DNA of 62,407 bases, counting the filler, from Dugesia japonica (taxonomy: Eukaryota), in the NCBI GenBank assembly GCA_001938525.1. It is 5 parts of 5 records of this genome, joined end to end, with 100 filler letters (N's around TTAATTAATTAA, not from the genome) between each part and the next. Parts side by side here need not be neighbours in the genome. Positions count along the whole stretch, not along the records: positions 53,369 to 62,407 come from MQRL01629698.1; 4 more parts are not named here. One strand, 5' to 3'. This document shows positions 53,437 through 62,407 of the stretch, in pieces. The notes below the pieces were generated by a model. The model was given only the letters and a program-made list of their open reading frames with translations, ran no database searches and had not been told where the DNA came from. A program made the translations under genes and the position numbers. Each line of letters begins with the position of its first letter. The stretch's first letter is position 1.

Positions 53437-54247
53437 TTATTAGTAAAATTATTAAACATAATTTATTTAAAATTTGTATGACAATTATACATTTAAAGAG
53501 TAGTCTGTTACACGCTTTAATGTAAAATTTTCGAATGAAAAAAATTTTATTTGTGACATAATTACAATTATTGCGAGAATAATTGTTGGAAGCCTTTTTT
53601 TATTTTAATGAAATCATTCATTGTGACCAATAGAATATTGCTTTACGTTAAAATTAAATATTTATTGAAATGATAATAAGATAAATTACGTAAAAATATA
53701 TTAAAATCATATATTATATCAAAAAGTATTTATATATAATGTCAGATTAAAACATATTAAGTGTTATCTCATCACAACCAGAATTATCTGTTTTGAGTTT
53801 CTCCTTGTTGCTTTGACTTTCATTATTTATATTTTTATCATTCGTGTGATATTTTTTCTATTTGTCAAATATTACTTTTGTAAATAGATTTTCCTTTATA
53901 ATTATTGATATTTTCATTGATTTGAAACAATAATTTGCAATTTCTAAACAATTTCATTCTTTTATTTGTTTTAATGCTTCATCTCTCACTTTTTGAATAA
54001 AGATCTTTCTTAGGTAAAAATAAATTTTATTTTCTAAGTAATTTTAAAATGAGAAATTGATAAGATAAATGTTTTAATTATTTTGTTAATTCAAACCAAT
54101 TAAATATTCCATACTGAGCCAAACAACAAGAAAATCAACTTCAATTTCTTAAATATATTTTCTAATTTCTATTCTAAAAAGAATTATTTAATTTTTACTT
54201 TAAAAAAAATATTTCAATATGTAAATATTTAAAATTTAAAATATTTA

Positions 54248-54679
54248 CAGTGGAACCTATCAAAAGTGATCACATCCACGTGGTGACCACCCTATTTTGG
54301 TGACCACCTCTATAACATTGAACTCTTCCAAAAGTATAATGAAAATCTTAAAGTTTAGCCTCAATATTCTTAAAAATAATTAATAAAAAGTGACAACTGC
54401 TAAAATATAATTTCTGTTAAATACAACAAATTTTAATTTAGAAATAGAACATTTATTTTGTTTAAATAAATTAGAGTTGGTGGAAATTTTAAAAAGTGAA
54501 TTATGGGAAAATTGAATGAAACACAGAAAAAAGAAATCACATTATTAAGTATTTATTCAAATAAACATTTTAATATTCATTTTGTGTTCTGATTTATTAA
54601 TAAATTTACTGTTTTTACCATAAATTGTAAAATGGTGACTACCTCCCAAAAAATGACCACTTCTTGAATAAAGTCACTG
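54248..54679. mobile_element. Tigger/pogo-type MITE
   Basis: TA-CAGTGGAACCT...GTCACTG-TA ends with repeated GGTGACCACC subterminal motifs. Confidence 0.75.
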
Positions 54680-54695
54680 TATCATTAAAAGTCAA

Positions 54696-54726
54696 TTCCT
54701 GACGAAGACAAAGTCGAAAATTCGAA
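54696..54726 (+). ncRNA. Minimal hammerhead ribozyme motif (family A)
   Basis: UUC-CUGACGA-A-GAC(AAA)GUC-GAA-AAUU-C-GAA, followed by the family A tail to about 54830. Confidence 0.85.
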
Positions 54727-55658
54727 ATACTATCAAAAACGAAAAAATAATTTTATCGAAGATTTTATTTTAATGAAACCTCAAATACGATCAATGGTTA
54801 ATTCCAACAATTATTCTCACAATAATTCTTGTTATTGTAAAATTAAAATATATAAATATTAATTTTGATCATGCTTGTTAAGTGAGTCTAAGATGCTCAC
54901 TGTTGAATTTAAAAGATTATTTGAATCCATGAAATTTTAGTAAAATTTAAAAATAAAGAATAAAATCTAGNTTTTTCAAAAAAATTAATTATGTCAAATA
55001 ATTCGCATTTCAACCGAATTTTCATAATTTTCAAAATTTTAATTTTATTTCATAATGTAAAATAGTGCAAACAATTTAAAATTTATTCCTAATTTTTTAA
55101 CAATACTTATTTTAAAATTTCAAAAAATCTAGTAATAAAATTTTTAATATAATAAACAAAAAAAGTATTTTAATATTTAAAATTTAATATGAAAAAAACA
55201 AAAAGTTTAACTTTAAATATAATTTTATCATATTTTTAATAATTTAATTTAAATTTTTTTCAAATTAATTTAGATAAATATTTCTTAAAGACAAACTTTA
55301 GTTGAAATGTCAAAAAATTTAACTCTATCTTGATCCATTACTACAATTCTATTATTTCTAATTTCATTAATTTGTCTTAATTTAATAATTAAAAACTACA
55401 AAAGTTCATATTTAATAAATAATTAATGTAATAAATAAATTCCTTAGAACAACCTTATGGAATACATTTTGAGTGATTTTAGATGTATGATTTTGAGTTT
55501 CTTTTTAGAAATTTTAATTTTAAAATTTTCATTTCAAAATTAATTTTCTAAAAACCGATTTCAAATTTAATGCTATAATTATTTAACAATGAAAATGAAT
55601 TTTAATCAGATTAATGTAAATTGTATTTCTATTTATAACAAGAATNANTTGAGCAATA

Positions 55659-55691
55659 GTTCCTGNAGAAGGCTTAGCCGAAATATTGAAT
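55659..55691 (+). ncRNA. Minimal hammerhead ribozyme motif (family B)
   Basis: GUUC-CUGnAGA-A-GGC(UUA)GCC-GAA-AUAU-U-GAAU. Confidence 0.72.
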
Positions 55692-56257
55692 CATCTATGA
55701 AAATAGAAAAACATCGTTTTGATCTTTACAATTGAAAATAAATTTTAATTATCGAAATTTGTTTTTCAAAATATTTGTTGTTATGAGAATCCATAAATTA
55801 GAATCGACATCAAAATATATCATAAAAACTTTTTCATAAAATAAATTTGAATTCTATATAAATGAAAAACCTAAAATTTACTGACGTGTAACATTTGGCT
55901 TTGGTGGTTTCTCTAATGGAGTTAAATTGTTAATAATCTCTTGGCATTCTTTTTTCACTTCGTCTGACAGATTTGGATTGTAAATACAATTCTGAATGAA
56001 TACAAAGAGACTATTGAGATTAATTAATATAATTAATTATTAATCAGTTGGTGCTTTGAAATTTAATAAAAACATGTATAAACATTTAAGGAGACTAAGA
56101 CTTCCGAATTTGACAATTAGCTATATTAACAATGAGTATGAATAATTAAATTTTACATATGAGAATTGACTTTAATTGACGATTATCCACAATTAAACAA
56201 TGACATTTTATTTTCCTTCAAAATTCATTAGATATTATATTTATATATGTATGTGTG

Positions 56258-57075
56258 TGTGGCGTGACAAAAAAATAACATATTGCTAAAATAACTAAAT
56301 ATCCACTTTTTGTTTGAGCACAAGTAAAAATTATATTTGACCTGGAAGTGTGTTTTATTATTTTCACAAGTTTTGATCAGTCAAGTATGTCGTAGTAGAA
56401 CAGCATTTTAATTTATATCTGTTTTTATTTTCAGTACGGAAAGGTCGGATACGAAAAATGATAAACGTATTAACAGTGAATTCCTTATGAAACTTAAAAA
56501 GTCAGTAACAGACATTTATNNNNNNNNNNNNNNNNNNNNNNNNNNNNNNNNNNNNNNNNNNNNNNNNNNNNNNNNNNNTCAGAAGTCAGACTATCAATAA
56601 ATGACGACAACCGCCTTGGCCGACCATGTACATCATTTAATGACGAAAACACAGTCAAAGTTTAAGATACAAGAAATAAAGACAGAAAATGGGAGTTTGT
56701 GCTGTTGCTGAAATGTCAAATATGGGCAGAGAAAGTGCTTGACGTATTTTAACGCAGGTGTTACACATTATGAAAGTTTGTGCAAATATGGTGCCTAAAG
56801 GGTTGTCCGATGAATAAAATGTTTGAACAGTAAAAATATCACTGTGCTTGAACATCCTTGAAACTCTCCTGATTTAGTGCCGTGAGATTTTTTCCTCTTC
56901 CCAAAAATAAAATTGGCACTTAAAAAACGCGTTTTGCAACAAGGACGACAGGGTTATTACACAGCAAGACGGTAAGCATCCTAAAGCATAGTTATGAATG
57001 GCGAAAGGAACTTGTACTCAATTTGTAAATAAATAAATTTACAGCATTAGTCTAGTTAGTTTGTAGGCTTATTTA
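56258..57075 (+). mobile_element. mariner relic
   Basis: INDDNRLGRPCTS...MKVCANMVPKGLS...LEHP*NSPDLVP*DFFLFPKIKLALK. Confidence 0.8.
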
Positions 57076-57509
57076 AAATTTATACAATCAAAACTAAATG
57101 AATCCAGAAAATTCATTCAAATCAAAGATATTAAAAATAAAAATATAATTTAAACAAATATAATTACTTATTTTTATTATTTTTGTATTCTAAATTCAAT
57201 TGAAATTAATTCTAAAAACTAATTTCGAAAAATTAACTAATTTTTAAAAAATTATTTAAATTTTAAAAGCTTAAATATAATCTTTTTAAAAAATAATAGG
57301 TCTCAGTATATCCTTCTTCTTGATTGTGATATATGACTGTGAGTTATAATATTTTTAAATTGATAGTTGATTGTATGCTTGAATGTATGAGTATTTCTAT
57401 GATGTATAGTGTTCAAACATTATGTAATCGATTCCTCAAACAATATATATTATTATAGTGTGTTACCTTGTATTATTAATATATATAATGAATTATTTAA
57501 TTGTACAGT

Positions 57510-57840
57510 CTAATATTGTAGAATTTCTTCAAGTTTGTCTACATTTNTTTTGATCCTTTTCCAATTCCTCATTGTTTGTTCTGTGCCCNGTCCGAAGTTT
57601 ATCAGTCCAGTACAGTAGCCTTTATCAATTCTCAAATTGTCTAAATTTGACTTNCTAATTATCTATTTATTTATCTATATGCACTCGCAAAACAAAATTA
57701 ATATCTAACTTCTTTGTGAATTCTCTCATTACATTTTATTTAAATGACTTCCAACAATCTACTCTCATATAGTTTGGGCAGCCGAATCTTAAAATCCACT
57801 TTTCGAAAATCATTTTCTTTATCGTTTCCTCAATCTTCTA
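57510..57840 (-). mobile_element. Ty3/gypsy integrase fragment
   Basis: EETIKKMIFEKWILRFGCPNYMRVDC..., same family as 25100-25975. Confidence 0.75.
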
Positions 57841-57992
57841 TTAAAATTAAAGCTGTCAAGATCTCATACTTAAAATACCGATATTATGTCTAGTATATAC
57901 TTTTTTTNNNNNNNNNNNNNNNNNNNNNNNNNNNNNNNNNNNNNNNNNNNNNNNNNNNNNNNNNNNNNNNNNNNNNNNNNNNNNNNNNNNNN

Positions 57993-58433
57993 AAATTATA
58001 ACAAAATCCGAAATTACCGATTTTTTTTATTACTATTATCGTTATAAAACTTATTATAATTACGATTACTAAAAAATATAATACGAAAATATAATTCATC
58101 AGATAATTACTAAAATTATACAATATAAGTTATAACTCATAAAATATTTANNNNNNNNNNNNNNNNNNNNNNNNNNNNNNNNNNNNNNNNNNNNNNNNNN
58201 TATCCTGTATAGATCCATATTTATCAACATACGTACCTTATAAATAACAGAGACAGGAAATCAGAAAATCTCAAAAAATTATAACAAAATCCGAAATTAC
58301 CGATTTTTTTTATTACTATTATCGTTATAAAACTTATTATAATTACGATTACTAAAAAATATAATACGAAAATATAATTCATCAGATAATTACTAAAATT
58401 ATACAATATAAGTTATAACTCATAAAATATTTA
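57993..58433. repeat. 158-bp exact direct duplication across a gap (57993-58150 = 58276-58433)
   Basis: Identical sequence on both sides of an N run; likely an assembly artefact. Confidence 0.8.
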
Positions 58434-59109
58434 GACTGTTATTTATTTTTTACTCTTTCAATATTTATAAAAAATAAATTGCTCTCAATTGTTTATTTGA
58501 TTTTAAACAAAATTCGTTTTTATTTGATTGTTTTATACTAAGTCTTGTCATCAATACTTAATAGGAAATAGGAATATAACTATCTTACTTTGACATGATC
58601 CAGAATCGTACCGTTTTTTCTTAGTAATTTGCACCCAAGTGGTTTTTTACTGATTATTTTCAATGTTCTATAAAAAAAAATTCATTCAATTCTTTAAAAT
58701 TTAACTTCTAAAATGAAGTATTTATGAAATATTAAAGTTCAAAAAATGATTAAAAGTAATTAAACTTTTATTCGCAAAGCCTATATTATTAATTTATTTC
58801 GATTAATTAACTTCATCAACCTAGGCATTTCAATATTTATATAATTATAAAATATAAGAAAATGATAAAATAAAACAAAGTTAATTAAAGAAATATTTCA
58901 GGCGAATAAACCGTAATGTAAGTTAACAAAAACTAAATGTTATCACTAAAGAGGTTTAATAAATTTATTTCATCTTTGTTCATTTATTATTTTAATATAT
59001 TAATTTATTATGAAGAAATATTTAATTTAAAACAAAATAATAGAATTAATTAATAATTTAAATTACGTAACTTTATAAATATTTTACGAAATAAAAAATT
59101 TTAAAAAAT

Positions 59110-59911
59110 AAATGACATTCTTGAAAAATGAAAATTTAGTACGAAATTTGTTCTACATTTTTTTATGTTAGATCAAAAGCAGCAGTGTGTGCAAGCTTCG
59201 TGCGGTGTTGGTCCGACCACAATCCTACTTTTACAAGAAACATAGTTACATGCGATGAAACGTCGTACTTCCAGTATGATCTATCAATAAAACGCCAAAC
59301 AGGGGAATGACTACGAAATAATGAGAGATAACCGGTTAAAATTAAATCGCCGAAGTCGAAAATTAAGACAATGATTATCACATTTTTTGATTCACGGAAA
59401 ATTATTCATCGTAAATTTGTTCCGCAAGGTAAAACAGTGACTGGATAATTTTACCGACAGTACATACAACGACTTTGAACAGAATTTGAATAAAAAGAGA
59501 CCGGATTATGCATATTCATGTGATTCATTCCTTTTGTATCAGAATGCGCCTACACATGTATCACTTACTTTTTCCCAATTTTTGGCGAAGAAAATGATTT
59601 CCGTAATCAAACATCCACCCTATTCACCCGATCTAGCTCCAAAAGAATACTTTAACTTTCCGAATCTCAAAACAGCCCTTAAAAGAAGTTGTTTTGATGA
59701 AATTTAGATGATTCAGGAAAATGTGACAAGACTTTTGAAATTTATTCCAAATAACGACTATCATGACGCCTTCCAGCGGTTGTATGAACGATTCAAGATA
59801 TGTATAGAGAGATAAGGGATGTAAGTTGAACTTAAAAAATAAAATTTGTTTTGTGTCATCATTTTTGGTTTCTATAAGATCAGTACCAAAACATTTTGAA
59901 TACACTGTGTA
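59110..59911 (+). mobile_element. mariner relic with 3' TIR
   Basis: IVTCDETSYFQYD...KTMIITFFDS...FVPQGKTV...HPPYSPDLAPKEYFNFPNLK; ends TTTTGAATACACTGTGTA. Confidence 0.9.
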
Positions 59912-60399
59912 TTTATTTTTAAATGTTTTTCAATAGAAATACTATATTTTGTTTTTACTTAAAATTGTCTCTGGAAAATTTGAAATTGATATATATATAT
60001 AAAAATTAATTAATACGTACACTTACAAAACAACAAACCAAATTGTTTCATCATCATTTATTGACAATAATTTTGTTAAATTCAAAATCAGTTGATTAAA
60101 CAGATCATGGGTGATCACCATTTGTAAGCCTTTATCTGAGCCCATTACACTACTTAGACAGAAGCAAGAGTTTTTTACAAATGCCATCTCATTTCCGCTT
60201 GTCATTTCAATTAATTTTTCAATCTGAAATTTTTTGAATTTGATTATTAAAATTTAATTAAAAAGTATAAAAACATAGAAATTTACAAAACTATATAAAA
60301 AAACAAAAACAATTTTAGTAAGTAGTTAAACGTGATAAAAATCTCCAGAACATATTATAAATAATCTATTGAAGCTTCCATTTTCAAGGTTTTCAACAA

Positions 60400-60579
60400 T
60401 TAAATTTTATGAGTGATCACATCTAGAATTCGAAATATTATGATTCTCTTCAAAAATTGTAAGTTTTCTTCACAGTTAAGCAGAAAATCACACATGTCAA
60501 TGCGCTGAACAAGATCTCTTTTTATGAATGCGTAGAATTCAAATATCGAGCTTTGAAACCTAACTGAGTCGCTTGAAAC
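60400..60579 (-). mobile_element. Small mariner fragment
   Basis: RDLVQRIDMCDFLLNCEENLQFLKRII resembles the segment preceding the first catalytic Asp. Confidence 0.55.
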
Positions 60580-60690
60580 TAGGGAGTGCAAAACCGGGAT
60601 CTAGGAATTCCGAAAACCGGGATCCCGGACCATTTTGAGCCGGTTTTCAATACCGGTTTTTGTTGGTTCAATTTAGGTTTTTTGGTTTTC
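60580..60690 (+). mobile_element. hAT-like terminus
   Basis: TAGGGAGTGCAAAACCGGGAT with repeated ACCGG/CCCGG subterminal motifs. Confidence 0.6.
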
Positions 60691-61220
60691 AAATAATATA
60701 GGTATTGAATGATACAACGTCCGTATTAATTTAATTAAAATTTATGGAACTGTTAGTCTGGCAATACACTAAATCTGACAAAACGTTTTTGATTATAACA
60801 GACAAAATGATTTGCCTAAACATAACCCAGACCCAATCAGACTAATTGTTTCACGTTAAATGGTTTCGTTCTGTTTTATATGTTGGTTTGATTTAATTTT
60901 ATAGAATGTAATAAACTACATATATAATAAACCGTTAATTATATACAGTTAAAGTAATAGTTTTTTTCTTTCACTTACTGTGTATTATGTGTTGCTAGTC
61001 GTACATTTTTTCGGCAAAAGTGAAAATGAGTTAGACTGAAAAATAAATGTGTTGTACTCAAAACAGACTGAAGTTGTACCTATTGAAGATTAGTATAAAG
61101 AATTATTAGAACTCATAATATCCGAGGACGAATATGAAGGTGAGCTTTTTTTAAAACAATTTAAAATATATAGAACTAAAACGCTTATTTAATTTGTTAT
61201 GCTATTTAGTGTTATACAAA

Positions 61221-62407
61221 TGTAGATATTAAATATTAAAATATTTAACAAGTTAAAATTATTTTTCATAAAATAGCAATATTAAAACAATTCAAATTCA
61301 TTTTAATATTNNNNNNNNNNNNNNNNNNNNNNNNNNNNNNNNNNNNNNNNNNNNNNNNNNATTTTAAATATTTAATAATTTGAATTTAGATATATTTAAA
61401 TATTATCATAATTTAAATATATCACATTCCTCCCTTTGCTTTATCCATATTGAGGATTCGGATTCCTTTTCATTCTTTCTGGATAACGTCTTCTGATATC
61501 GCTCTCAATTCGTCGGTCAGGTTGTACTGGTAAGTCTGTTTTCTGTTTGCTTCTTACTAATATTTGTGTGCTCCAGGACTTGTAGGAAAATTCATCTCTT
61601 GCTATTCTTTTGATTTGGTTGTAATTTCGTTGAATTAAAGTGTTTCTATTTTCATCAAGCAAAGTGTAAGTCCATTCATTAATTTTCTTTATTACTTTAA
61701 ATGGTCCAATATATCGCCTTTTATAACCAGCATGTACATTGTTTTTTATCAGAACTTTATCATCAATTTTAATTTCATCTCTCCACCGATATTTGTCANN
61801 NNNNNNNNNNNNNNNNNNNNNNNNNNNNNNNNNNNNNNNNNNNNNNNNNNNNNNNNNNTTCATAATATTTCTTTTTAATTGTTCTACATATTGATCAGAA
61901 TTCTTTGTGATGTTCGTTTCTCTCCTTCCAGCATTCCACATATCGATTCTAGGTTTCCTCCCAAATATTATTTCATACGGGATCGTGTTGTTGGTAATCC
62001 ATATTTTATTATTGGTAGCACTGTACACCAATCTTGAATTCGCATGTCTTCTAGTACTCCACTAATCATAGATTTCGCGGTTCTAAATAATCTTTCTACT
62101 AATCTGTTTTCTTGAGGGTAATATGGAGATAAAAATGTTTTCACAATTCCCAATTGCTTGCAATATTTCTGAAATGCACATGAACTAAAATTACTACCAC
62201 AGTCCNNNNNNNNNNNNNNNNNNNNNNNNNNNNNNNNNNNNNNNNNTATCCAAAGAGCTTCACATATATATTCAGTTGTTATTGTTCGTAATGGAATTAA
62301 ACATATAAACTATGAAAAATAATCCACAACTCAAAGAATATATTTATAACCATATTGCGTTGGTTTAAATGGTTCTGTAATATCTATTGCAATACTTTGA
62401 AATGGTT
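61221..62407 (-). mobile_element. Ty3/gypsy 3' part: integrase, PPT and 3' LTR
   Basis: SPYYPQENRLVERLFRT...PYEIIFGR...YIGPFKVI; PPT AAAGGGAGGAA (61437-61427) then TGTGATA LTR start at 61426; LTR end at 61221 tentative. Confidence 0.9.

Noticed and set aside
57890-58406. Duplicated small membrane-peptide ORF
   Set aside because: AT-rich exact duplication flanking N gaps; probable assembly artefact
1-62407. CRISPR arrays, rRNA/tRNA genes or prokaryotic defence operons
   Set aside because: No regular repeat-spacer array or operon structure; spliced exons and eukaryotic TEs throughout; the only tRNA-related sequences are PBS sites

Overview
Very AT-rich, intron-rich animal DNA. Composition and TE content are compatible with a planarian-like invertebrate, but the species cannot be determined from the sequence. 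The window is not one continuous locus: four identical 100-bp spacers (44 N + TTAATTAATTAA + 44 N) join five pieces (1-9426, 9527-28228, 28329-41042, 41143-53268, 53369-62407). Host coding content is sparse: three consecutive SLC6 transporter exons, an UNC-5-like TSP1 exon, a possible Ig-like exon and a Ser-rich first exon. The rest is mostly decayed TEs: Ty3/gypsy, BEL/Pao, a Penelope-like RT, many mariners, Tigger/pogo, an IS630-like transposase, hAT, a Mutator with a 9-bp TSD, MITEs and (TAA)n microsatellites. The most notable signal missing from the ORF track is seven dispersed minimal hammerhead-ribozyme motifs (five clean, two degenerate). They have covarying stem II pairs and palindromic stem III, and lie in a pLTR-like repeat that also occurs in inverted arrangements and downstream of the Penelope RT relic. 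This class of ribozyme is already known from Penelope-like elements; only the specific families here may be uncatalogued.
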